In this document: in pieces, positions 1 through 7,963 of the stretch
How positions within the stretch are numbered: position 1 is the first letter of the stretch
How the letters are laid out: every line of letters begins with the position of its first letter
DNA from: Pyrinomonadaceae bacterium
GTDB taxonomy: Bacteria; Acidobacteriota; Blastocatellia; Pyrinomonadales; Pyrinomonadaceae
Direction: 5' to 3'
Length of the DNA: 32,000 nt
Assembly: GCA_019694395.1 (NCBI GenBank)
Contig: JAIBCC010000002.1
Span: forward strand, 30,330 to 62,329
Translations under genes and position numbers: made by a program
Notes under the pieces: model-generated
What the model was told of the DNA's origin: nothing
The model's database searches: none
The model's input: only the letters and a program-made list of their open reading frames with translations

Positions 1-873
1 ACCGAGGCTTCCCCCGAAAATATGTTGAACGAATTGTTCTTTTGGAGTTTTGGCTAAGGTTCCGGCGTAGCTTTTCGCATTGAAACGCGGTGTTTGATAG
101 AACTCAAACAAATTTCCGTGAAACTCGTTGGTTCCTGATTTTGTAACCAAAGTCACATTTGCGCCGCTGCTTCTGCCTAATTCTGCCGTAAAATTACTGG
201 TTACGATTTGAAATTCCTGAACTGAATCGGGATTAGGTCTCAAAGGCGTAAAATTTGAACCGCCGGCGGTTGATTCATTAATATCAATTCCGTCCAAAGT
301 AAAGTTAAATGCCCGATCACGTGAACCGTGAACATTTACCGCACCGCCCGTGTTTCCACCAAATACCACGCCCGGTTGGAAGTTTAAGAGATCCAATGGA
401 TTTCTACCTCTAACTCCAACAATCGGAATGCTTTCCAAAGTTTTCTGGTCAATGGTGCTGCCCAGGTTACCGGAAGTGCTTGTTTGAACCTGTTCGACGG
501 TTGCCTGAACATTGATTTCCGCCGAAACATCCCCAACTTGCATAACTGCGTTTACAGTTGCCGGTTGGTTAATATTAATTGAGTTTCCTCTTGAAATGAA
601 TTTTTTAAATCCTTGTTTTTCAATGGTTACTTGGTATGTTCCGACTTGCAGCAAATCGAAGGTATATGTTCCGCTTTCACTTGACACCGTGGTCAATGAA
701 ATTTTCGTTCCTTCATTTGTTAGGGTAATTGTAGCCCCGGCGACAATTGCCCCGTTACTGTCCGTCACAACTCCGGTAATACGGGATGTTGTTCCCTGCC
801 CAAATGTAACAAACACAAAGGTTAAAACACAAAGAAACGAAAAAAGCGGAGTTAAAATAGATTTTTTTAGCAT
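1..873 (-). CDS. Carboxypeptidase regulatory-like domain / TonB-dependent receptor-like outer membrane protein, N-terminal part (gene runs off left edge)
   Basis: Reverse strand reads from ATG at 873: MLKKSILTPLFSFLCVLTFVFVTFGQGTTSRITGVVTDSNGAIVAGATITLTNEGTKISLTTVSSESGTYTFDLLQVGTYQVTIEKQGFKK..., then a plug-like segment (IPIVGVRGRNPLDLLNFQPGVVFGGNTGG...). It has a signal peptide, and AGGAGAAA lies just upstream of the start. It is absent from the ORF track because no stop lies in the window. Confidence 0.88.
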   Translation of the reverse strand, partial: MLKKSILTPLFSFLCVLTFVFVTFGQGTTSRITGVVTDSNGAIVAGATITLTNEGTKISLTTVSSESGTYTFDLLQVGTYQVTIEKQGFKKFISRGNSININQPATVNAVMQVGDVSAEINVQATVEQVQTSTSGNLGSTIDQKTLESIPIVGVRGRNPLDLLNFQPGVVFGGNTGGAVNVHGSRDRAFNFTLDGIDINESTAGGSNFTPLRPNPDSVQEFQIVTSNFTAELGRSSGANVTLVTKSGTNEFHGNLFEFYQTPRFNAKSYAGTLAKTPKEQFVQHIFGGSLG

Positions 874-1096
874 CTTTTTCTCCTAAACTAATAAAAATTG
901 TAAAATTGGCTTTTAGCCAAGAAGTATAGCAAGTGTGATTTTACTATTAGCAATTATTATTGATTTCTGAAAATTGTCAATAAATTTCTAACTCAAAAAT
1001 TATTTTTAATCCGATATTTTCGATTATTTTCCAATTTGACTCTTAAACGCTTAAAACGTAATCTTGAGCCTTTGATGGATTGTTTTTGGTGAATAT

Positions 1097-2755
1097 ATGA
1101 AAAGTTTTCGTTTAATTTTTACGCTAGCCCTGATTTTTTGTTTCAAAGTTTATTTAACCACGGAGACAATTGCCCAAACCGGTCCGATTACCCGTGCCGA
1201 AACTCTTCGCGGTTCGATCACTCCCGAACGTGAATGGTGGGATTTACAGCATTATGATTTATCAGTTCAATTTTTCCCGGAAAACCGCACCATTAAAGGC
1301 TCAAACGTGATTTCTTTTAAAACTGTTAAAGCCGGAAATAAAATGCAGATTGATCTGCAAACTCCCCTTAATATGACTAAAATCACTCACGGTTCAGCGG
1401 AATTAAAATTTGAACGCGAAGGCAATGTTTATTGGGTTTATCTGGACAAAGAATTGCCGAAAGGAGTTGATGACAGCATAACTGTTTATTGGGAAGGCAG
1501 ACCGCAAGTTAGTCAAAACCCACCCTGGAGCGGCGGAATTACTTGGGGACGTGATGATTTAGGCGAACATTTTATCACCACAACTTGCCAAGGAATCGGC
1601 GCGAGTATTTGGTGGGCAAATAAAGACCACGGAGCAGATGAACCCGACAAAGGAATGAATATCAACATTACCGTTCCTGAAAATCTGGTTGCAGTTTCCA
1701 ATGGTCGTTTGAAAAAAGTTGACGCAAATATTGCCGATAAAACAAAGACCTATCATTGGCAAGTGACAAATCCAATCAACAATTACGGCGTTAATGCAAA
1801 CATCGGAAATTACGTCCATTGGGAAGAAAAATTCAAAGGTTTAGGCGGCGATTTGGATTTGCAATACTGGACTCTGCCTCATCAAAAAGAAGCAGCGATG
1901 AAACAATTCAAAGAAGTTCCGCGAATGCTCGAAGCCTTTGAGCATTGGTTCGGCAAATATCCCTGGTATGAAGACGGTTACAAACTAGTTACCGTTTCCT
2001 ATGCCGGAATGGAACATCAAAGTTCAGTGACTTACGGAAACTGGTTTCGCAACGGGTATCGCGGGCGCGATGTGAGTTTTACGGGAATCGGCTACAAATT
2101 CGATTTCATCATAGTTCACGAATCCGGTCACGAATGGTTCGGCAACAATATTTCAATGAAAGATGCCGCCGATATGTGGATTCACGAAGGCTTTACAAAT
2201 TATTCGGAAAATCTTTTTGTTGAATACTGGTTCGGCAAAAAAGATGGCGAAGATTACGTCATCGGCAGCCGCAAAAATATCCGCAATGATTCAACCATCA
2301 TCGGCACCTACAACTCCAACCGTGAAGGTTCGGGCGATATGTATTACAAAAGCGGGAATATGCTCCACACCATTCGAAGCATCATCAACAACGATGAAAA
2401 ATGGCGTGCAATTTTGCAGGGCTTAAACAAAGAATTCTGGCATCAAACCGTGACGACTCAACAAGTTGAGAATTATATTTCCCAACAAGCCGGAATTGAT
2501 CTAAGCAAAGTCTTTGACCAATATCTACGCACAACCAAAATTCCTTTGCTTCAATACAAAATTGACGGCGATAAATTAACAGTAAAATATGACAGAGTTG
2601 TTCCAGGTTTTGCGATGCCGATTCGGGCAACTCTTAATGGCAAAGAGGTTATCATCAAACCAACCGAAACCGTTCAAACCATAATGTATCCCGAAGAACT
2701 TAAAACATTTGTAGTAAATCGGAATTTTTATATCGAAACCGAATTGATGAAGTAA
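1097..2755 (+). CDS. M1 family metallopeptidase
   Basis: 552 aa with signal peptide. Contains the M1 exopeptidase-like motif (YAGMEHQ), zinc motif HESGHEWFGNN, and a downstream glutamate in WIHEGFTNYSE. Confidence 0.9.
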   Translation: MKSFRLIFTLALIFCFKVYLTTETIAQTGPITRAETLRGSITPEREWWDLQHYDLSVQFFPENRTIKGSNVISFKTVKAGNKMQIDLQTPLNMTKITHGSAELKFEREGNVYWVYLDKELPKGVDDSITVYWEGRPQVSQNPPWSGGITWGRDDLGEHFITTTCQGIGASIWWANKDHGADEPDKGMNINITVPENLVAVSNGRLKKVDANIADKTKTYHWQVTNPINNYGVNANIGNYVHWEEKFKGLGGDLDLQYWTLPHQKEAAMKQFKEVPRMLEAFEHWFGKYPWYEDGYKLVTVSYAGMEHQSSVTYGNWFRNGYRGRDVSFTGIGYKFDFIIVHESGHEWFGNNISMKDAADMWIHEGFTNYSENLFVEYWFGKKDGEDYVIGSRKNIRNDSTIIGTYNSNREGSGDMYYKSGNMLHTIRSIINNDEKWRAILQGLNKEFWHQTVTTQQVENYISQQAGIDLSKVFDQYLRTTKIPLLQYKIDGDKLTVKYDRVVPGFAMPIRATLNGKEVIIKPTETVQTIMYPEELKTFVVNRNFYIETELMK

Positions 2756-2813
2756 TTGTAAGGTCAAATACTATTTGACTTGTAAATATCGAAAATATAA
2801 ACTTTAAATTTCA

Positions 2814-2868
2814 AACGTGGTGAGTTATTGCGACTTGCGACCACGCTAAATAAACCGCTAAACAGCTA
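2814..2868 (+). promoter_or_regulatory. SAM-II-like (metA-motif) riboswitch
   Basis: ACGTGGTGAGTTATTGCGACTTGCGACCACGCTAAATAAACCGCTAAACAG: P1 stem CGTGG (2816-2820)/CCACG (2841-2845), then conserved-looking TGAnTT, CTTGC, TAAA and CGCTAAA elements in SAM-II order. It lies upstream of a metH-containing unit. Assigned by eye from remembered consensus. Confidence 0.68.
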
Positions 2869-2892
2869 TGAGTTTTAGTTAAAGTTTGATGG

Positions 2893-2924
2893 AAACTCTG
2901 TGTTGTTTGGCACAGAGTTTTTTT
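2893..2924 (+). terminator. Intrinsic terminator between the SAM-II-like element and the downstream genes
   Basis: Perfect 10-bp stem AAACTCTGTG (2893-2902)/CACAGAGTTT (2911-2920) with an 8-nt loop and a T run. Confidence 0.88.
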
Positions 2925-2962
2925 GATTTTGAATCAAAGATAACAAATGGCAAATTTATTTT

Positions 2963-3496
2963 ATGATTTTGTTCATAAACGGTTCATTTGGAGTTGGCAA
3001 AACCACAGTTGGGCGAATTTTGAAAAAACAGATTAAAGGAAGTGTTTTATATAATCCCGAATGGTTTGGTTCTGTCCTAATGCGACTTCCAATTAATTTT
3101 CGTGGAAGTGGAACGGATGATTTTCAAGATTTAGATTTATGGCGAAAATCAGTCGTTTACGGCATTAAACTGTTTCGCTTTTTTGCCCGTGAAACTGTTA
3201 TCGTTCCGATGGCTTTTAGCCGCAAAGATTATTTTGAAGAAATACTGAGGGAAATTAGTCAGTTTGATAATAAAATTAGAATTTTTTGTTTAAAAGCCGG
3301 TTTTGAAATAATTGTGAAACGGCTTCAACATCGCGGCGAAAAAATCGAAGAAAGCGAAAATAACTGGACAATTCGTAAAGCCCGTATTTGCCTAAAGGCA
3401 CATAAAAATGATTTTTTCGGTGAAAGTATTGATACAACTGGGATAAATGCAGGCGAAGTGGCGGCTGAAATTCTAAAAAGAATGAGCAAAACCTAA
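2963..3496 (+). CDS. P-loop AAA-family ATPase/kinase, TmrB-like
   Basis: 177 aa. Walker A at the N-terminus (INGSFGVGKTT), YNPEWFG, DDFQDLDLWR and VPMAF segments in the same order as in TmrB (tunicamycin resistance ATP-binding protein). Confidence 0.72.
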   Translation: MILFINGSFGVGKTTVGRILKKQIKGSVLYNPEWFGSVLMRLPINFRGSGTDDFQDLDLWRKSVVYGIKLFRFFARETVIVPMAFSRKDYFEEILREISQFDNKIRIFCLKAGFEIIVKRLQHRGEKIEESENNWTIRKARICLKAHKNDFFGESIDTTGINAGEVAAEILKRMSKT

Positions 3497-3511
3497 ATAA
3501 AATTTAACGAT

Positions 3512-6500
3512 ATGAGCAATAATTTTTTAGATTTATTAAAAGAAAGAGTCATCGTTTTTGACGGTGCGATGGGAAGCAATCTGCAATCCCAGAATTTGAC
3601 GATTGATGATTGGGGCGGTCCGAATTTTGAAAATTGTTCGGAAAATCTGCTTTACACAAAGCCCGAAGCGATTGAAAAAGTCCACACGGGATTTTTGGAA
3701 ATCGGCTGCGATGTGATCGAAACCAACTCTTTCGGCGGCGGCGAAGTCGTTTTGCAGGAATTTGGGATTGCGGATAAAGCGTATGATGTCAATAAATTAG
3801 CCGCGAGTTTTGCCAAAAATCTGGCGAATCAATATTCGACCAAAGCAAAACCGCGTTTCGTTGCAGGCTCAATCGGACCGGGGACGAAATTGCCGACGCT
3901 CGGACATATCACCTACGAAGATTTGAAAAAATCTTACGTTCAGCAAGTTCACGGACTTTATGACGGCGGCGTTGATATGTTCGTCGTCGAAACTTGTCAG
4001 GACATTTTGCAGACCAAAGCCGCACTCGCCGCGATTTTTGATTTTTTCAAAGAAAAACGAGTCAAAATTCCCGTTATTGCTCAGGTGACGATTGAAACTT
4101 TCGGCACGATGCTCAACGGAACGGAAATTTCCGCCGCGTTGACGGCACTCGAACCGTTCCCGATTGACGTAATCGGGATGAACTGCGGAACGGGTCCCGA
4201 TCAAATGACAGAAAACGTCAAATATTTGTGCGAAAACGCTCCGTTCTACGTTTCAGTTTTGCCGAATGCGGGTTTGCCTGAAGTGAAAGACGGACAGCAA
4301 TATTACACCGAATCGCCCGAAGATTTCGCTAAAAAGGTCGAGCATTTCGCCAAAGATTTCGGGGCAAATATCGTCGGCGGCTGCTGCGGAACTTCGTTTG
4401 AACATTTGAAAGCCGCGATTGATCGTGTCAGCCAGCTTTCGCCAAAGGAACGTAACGCCAAATTAGTTCCCTCAGCGGCTTCGATCTATTTCCAACAGCC
4501 TTACACGCAGGACAATTCGTTTTTGATCGTCGGCGAAAGAGTTAATGCTTCAGGCTCGAAAAAAATGCGTGATTTGCTCGAAGCCGAAAATTGGGACGGG
4601 CTGATCGCTTTGGCGAAAGAGCAGGAACGCGAAGGGGCGCACGTTCTGGATGTCAACGTGGATTTCGTCGGACGCGACGGCGTGGCTGATATGAACGAGT
4701 TGGTTTCAAAATTGGTCACCAACGTCAAAATTCCGCTGATGCTCGATTCAACCGAATGGGAAAAGATGGAAGCCGGATTAAAACTCGCGGGCGGAAAATG
4801 TCTTTTGAATTCAACCAATTACGAAGACGGACCGGAAAGATTTTACAAAGTTCTTGAGCTTGCCAAAGAATACGGGGCAGGCATCGTTATCGGTTTGATC
4901 GATGAAGAAGGAATGGCACGGACGGCGGAAAACAAACTAAAAATTGCCAGACGCGCCTACAAAGACGCAACCGCTTTCGGCATTCAGGCACACGATATTT
5001 TCTTTGATCCGCTTGCTTTGCCGATTTCGACCGGAATCGAAGAAGATCGTGCAAACGCGGCTGAAACCGTTGCTTCAATCAAACAAATTCACGAAGAAAT
5101 GCCCGAAGCAAATATAATCTTGGGCGTTTCTAATATTTCTTTCGGACTGAATCCTGCGGCTCGCGTCGTTTTGAACTCAATTTTCCTACACGAATGCGTC
5201 GAAGTTGGTATGAACTCGGCAATCGTTAATGCTTCTAAAATTCTGCCATTGAATCGGTTTAACGAACACGAAATCGAAGTCGCACTTGATTTGATCTACG
5301 ACCGACGCAAATTTGAAGGTGACATTTGCACATACGATCCGCTCGGGGAATTCACGACTTTGTTTGAAGGAAAAACCGCAAAGTCAATGAAGGCAGATAT
5401 TTCCAATCTTCCCATCGAAGAAAAATTGCAAAGACACATCATTGACGGCGAAAAAATTGGTCTTGAAGATACTCTCAAAGCCGCACTCGAAAAATATGAA
5501 CCGCTCGACATTATCAACACCCATCTTCTGGGCGGTATGAAGGTTGTCGGTGACCTTTTCGGTTCGGGACAGATGCAACTTCCCTTCGTTTTGCAATCTG
5601 CTGAGGCGATGAAAACTGCCGTTAAATTCCTCGAACCATTTATGGAAAAGGTTGAAGGCTCAGGCAAAGGTAAGATGATTTTGGCGACGGTCAAAGGCGA
5701 CGTTCACGACATCGGCAAAAATCTGGTTGATATTATTTTGACCAATAACGGCTATGACGTTGTAAATTTGGGAATTAAACAAGGCATTGACGAAATTCTG
5801 CACGCTTATCAGCAACACAAAGGCGATGCGATCGGGATGTCCGGTTTGCTCGTCAAATCAACTCTGATTATGCGTGATAATCTCGAAATTATGAACGAAC
5901 GCGGCATCAATGTTCCGGTAATTTTGGGTGGTGCGGCGTTGAATCGTAAATATGTTGATAACGATTTAGTGCCAATCTACAACGGCAAATTGTTTTATGC
6001 CCGTGATGCTTTTGATGGACTTCACGCGATGGATTCTTTAACTCAGAAGGGTTCAACCACAGAGAACACAGAGTTCACAGAGAAGGCGAAAGCGGTTTCT
6101 GCTGGTTCAGATGAAGTTATCCAAACTGTTGATGATGTTGAGGATTTGGTCGGTGAAGATGCAAAACTCGGGATGAAAGCCGCAACGGTGCATCAGAAAA
6201 AATCGGCTCTTGATTCAACTCATACTACTAAATCCGACGTTAAACCTGCCGAAATTATTCCAGCCGCACCGTTCTACGGCTCAAAAGTTGTGGAAATCAC
6301 CGATTTGAATAAAGTCTTTGAATTCATCAACGAAACTGCCCTTTTCAAAGGTCAATGGCAATACAAACAGGGCAAAAAATCGAAGGAAGAATACGCAGAG
6401 ATTTTGGAAAAAGAGGTTTATCCTAAATTCAAAGCGATCAAAGCACAGGCGATTCGTGAAAAACTGCTCGAAGCAAAATTAGTTTACGGCTACTTCCCTT

Positions 6501-7054
6501 GCCATTCGGAAGGAAACGATTTGATTATTTTGCAGGACGATGAAAAAACCGAAAGATTGCGTTTCACTTTCCCTCGTCAACCTCTTGAACAACGCGGCAG
6601 TAAAAACTTATGTTTAGCCGATTATTTCTCGTCGGATAAAACTGATGTCGTTGCGTTTCAATTAGTTACGATGGGAAGAAAGGCTTCGGAACACGCCGCT
6701 CAGCTTTTCAAATCTGATAATTACACCGATTATCTTTTGTTCCACGGACTTTCGGTTGAATCGGCGGAAGCACTCGCCGAAATGTGGCACAAACGCGTCC
6801 GCGAAGAACTCGGCTTTGCCCAAAATGATGCCAAAGATTTAGCCAAACTTTTCCATCAAGGCTATCAAGGTTCGCGTTACAGCTTCGGTTATCCGGCGTG
6901 TCCGAATCTCGAAGATCAGACAAAACTTTTTGAACTGCTTCAACCCGAAAGAATTGATGTCGAATTATCGGAAGAATTTCAGCTTCATCCCGAACAATCA
7001 ACTTCAGCGATAATCGTCCATCATCCGGAGGCGAAATATTTTAACGTGGAGTAG
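3512..7054 (+). CDS. metH: Methionine synthase, cobalamin-dependent (5-methyltetrahydrofolate--homocysteine methyltransferase)
   Basis: 1180 aa. Homocysteine-binding start VFDGAMGSNLQ, zinc-site GGCCG, pterin-binding domain, B12-binding DVHDIGKN motif, and C-terminal activation domain (YGYFPCHSEGNDL, YPACPNLEDQ). Confidence 0.97.
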   Translation: MSNNFLDLLKERVIVFDGAMGSNLQSQNLTIDDWGGPNFENCSENLLYTKPEAIEKVHTGFLEIGCDVIETNSFGGGEVVLQEFGIADKAYDVNKLAASFAKNLANQYSTKAKPRFVAGSIGPGTKLPTLGHITYEDLKKSYVQQVHGLYDGGVDMFVVETCQDILQTKAALAAIFDFFKEKRVKIPVIAQVTIETFGTMLNGTEISAALTALEPFPIDVIGMNCGTGPDQMTENVKYLCENAPFYVSVLPNAGLPEVKDGQQYYTESPEDFAKKVEHFAKDFGANIVGGCCGTSFEHLKAAIDRVSQLSPKERNAKLVPSAASIYFQQPYTQDNSFLIVGERVNASGSKKMRDLLEAENWDGLIALAKEQEREGAHVLDVNVDFVGRDGVADMNELVSKLVTNVKIPLMLDSTEWEKMEAGLKLAGGKCLLNSTNYEDGPERFYKVLELAKEYGAGIVIGLIDEEGMARTAENKLKIARRAYKDATAFGIQAHDIFFDPLALPISTGIEEDRANAAETVASIKQIHEEMPEANIILGVSNISFGLNPAARVVLNSIFLHECVEVGMNSAIVNASKILPLNRFNEHEIEVALDLIYDRRKFEGDICTYDPLGEFTTLFEGKTAKSMKADISNLPIEEKLQRHIIDGEKIGLEDTLKAALEKYEPLDIINTHLLGGMKVVGDLFGSGQMQLPFVLQSAEAMKTAVKFLEPFMEKVEGSGKGKMILATVKGDVHDIGKNLVDIILTNNGYDVVNLGIKQGIDEILHAYQQHKGDAIGMSGLLVKSTLIMRDNLEIMNERGINVPVILGGAALNRKYVDNDLVPIYNGKLFYARDAFDGLHAMDSLTQKGSTTENTEFTEKAKAVSAGSDEVIQTVDDVEDLVGEDAKLGMKAATVHQKKSALDSTHTTKSDVKPAEIIPAAPFYGSKVVEITDLNKVFEFINETALFKGQWQYKQGKKSKEEYAEILEKEVYPKFKAIKAQAIREKLLEAKLVYGYFPCHSEGNDLIILQDDEKTERLRFTFPRQPLEQRGSKNLCLADYFSSDKTDVVAFQLVTMGRKASEHAAQLFKSDNYTDYLLFHGLSVESAEALAEMWHKRVREELGFAQNDAKDLAKLFHQGYQGSRYSFGYPACPNLEDQTKLFELLQPERIDVELSEEFQLHPEQSTSAIIVHHPEAKYFNVE

Positions 7055-7057
7055 GAA

Positions 7058-7091
7058 TTAGCCACGAATTAACACGAATTTTCACGAATTA
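7058..7091 (-). repeat. CACGAATT/TTCGTG mini-repeat, copy L (inverted relative to the other two)
   Basis: TTAGCCACGAATTAACACGAATTTTCACGAATTA: three CACGAATT units at 10-bp spacing. Its reverse complement matches 7181-7214 at 29/34 positions. Confidence 0.9.
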
Positions 7092-7180
7092 TTTTTTTTT
7101 GTTTTTGCATGATTTAAAGTGTTGTATGCTTGAATAATTTAGACGAATTTTAAAAATCAAGGTTAATTTTAGTATTTAAA

Positions 7181-7214
7181 AAATTCGTGTTAATTCGTGC
7201 AAATTCGTGGCTAA
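7181..7214 (+). repeat. TTCGTG mini-repeat, copy R1
   Basis: AAATTCGTGTTAATTCGTGCAAATTCGTGGCTAA, three units at 10-bp spacing. Confidence 0.9.
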
Positions 7215-7228
7215 AACCTCTTAAATTT

Positions 7229-7597
7229 ATGGAAATACTTCACAAAGACCTATCATATAAAATCGTTGGTTTGGCTATGCAAATTCACCGTGAGTTGGGT
7301 TACGGATTCCTCGAAAAGGTTTATGAAAATTCTTTGATGATTTTGTTGCGGGAGAATAAAATTAAAGCCGAGCAGCAAGTTCCGATCAAAGTCAATTTTC
7401 ACGGGCAAATTGTCGGTGATTACATTGCTGATATTGTAGTTGAAGACTCAATAATTTTGGAGCTAAAAGTGATTGATAAAATTACAAAATTCCAAATTGC
7501 TCAAACAATCAATTACTTAAAAGCTACTGATCTTAAACTTGCTCTGTTGATAAATTTCGGCAAAACAAGTCTCGAACACGAAAGAATTGTTTTATAA
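7229..7597 (+). CDS. GxxExxY protein (PD-(D/E)XK nuclease-superfamily-like)
   Basis: MEILHKDLSYKIVGLAMQIHRELGYGFLEKVYENSL... carries the G-x-x-E-x-x-Y signature (GFLEKVY), followed by GDYIADIVVEDSIILELKV (D...ExK-like core). ATG at 7229 is preferred over the tracked GTG at 7187, which lies inside a repeat. Confidence 0.9.
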   Translation: MEILHKDLSYKIVGLAMQIHRELGYGFLEKVYENSLMILLRENKIKAEQQVPIKVNFHGQIVGDYIADIVVEDSIILELKVIDKITKFQIAQTINYLKATDLKLALLINFGKTSLEHERIVL

Positions 7598-7628
7598 TTC
7601 GTGTCAATTCGTGTTAATTTGTGGCTAT
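7595..7628 (+). repeat. TTCGTG mini-repeat, copy R2 (direct repeat of R1)
   Basis: TAATTCGTGTCAATTCGTGTTAATTTGTGGCTAT, 28/34 identical to R1. The TAA stop of the GxxExxY gene (7595-7597) forms its first bases. Confidence 0.88.
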
Positions 7629-7642
7629 AATTCCCTATACTT

Positions 7643-7951
7643 ATGGATATTTACTCAAAAGCAACATTTTTATCTGAATTTCTTCCCAAAAATTTGGGAA
7701 AACATCATCAGAAACACGAATGGATCTTTGCCGAATATTTTGAGCATCCCGAACAACGCGAGGACAAAAAGTCTTATCGGGCTTTTGTTTTTCGTAATAA
7801 ATCGCGGACGGTTTACGGTCTTAAAGAATTTTACAATGACGCGAAAACTGATTTTCGGGCGTTAGCGGCGAAGGTAGTGACGGATGAGAGATTTCGTGAA
7901 AGTTTTATTACGGATGATGAGGATTTACCAAAAATTTGGAAGCGGCATTAA
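7643..7951 (+). CDS. Hypothetical protein, 102 aa
   Basis: ORF with ATG start and composition typical of coding sequence: MDIYSKATFLSEFLPKNLGKHHQKHEWIFAEYFEHPEQRED... Confidence 0.65.
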   Translation: MDIYSKATFLSEFLPKNLGKHHQKHEWIFAEYFEHPEQREDKKSYRAFVFRNKSRTVYGLKEFYNDAKTDFRALAAKVVTDERFRESFITDDEDLPKIWKRH

Positions 7952-7963
7952 GAGCATTCAATT

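Noticed and set aside
512-886. ORF of 124 aa on the plus strand
   Set aside because: It is antisense to the N-terminus of the TonB/regulatory-like gene, which has a better signal peptide, ribosome binding site and domain sequence on the minus strand.
1156-1175. TTTAACCACGGAGACAAT in the first M1 gene as another CAC-type mini-repeat
   Set aside because: It is only one partial unit with no periodic repetition, so it is compatible with chance within the signal peptide region.
2763-2779. GTCAAA/TTTGAC hairpin after the first M1 gene
   Set aside because: The stem is only 6 bp with no T run. It is too weak to call a terminator or an element.
2756-2962. Cobalamin riboswitch ahead of metH
   Set aside because: No B12-box-like (GCCACTG) element or long multi-stem leader is seen. 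The compact P1 and CGCTAAA elements fit SAM-II better.
3869-7001. Several ORFs antisense to metH (3869-4204, 4501-4818, 4887-5078, 5296-5694, 5384-5596, 6708-7001)
   Set aside because: They lie wholly inside a clearly coding metH in other frames, lack recognisable motifs, and look like shadow ORFs of a strongly coding strand.
7058-7628. CRISPR-like array
   Set aside because: There are only three repeat copies with unequal spacing, one copy is inverted, and a gene sits between two of them. This is not CRISPR architecture.
7587-7865. ORF of 92 aa overlapping the GxxExxY 3' end and the 7643 ORF
   Set aside because: It overlaps two better-supported ORFs and its start region lies in the mini-repeat.
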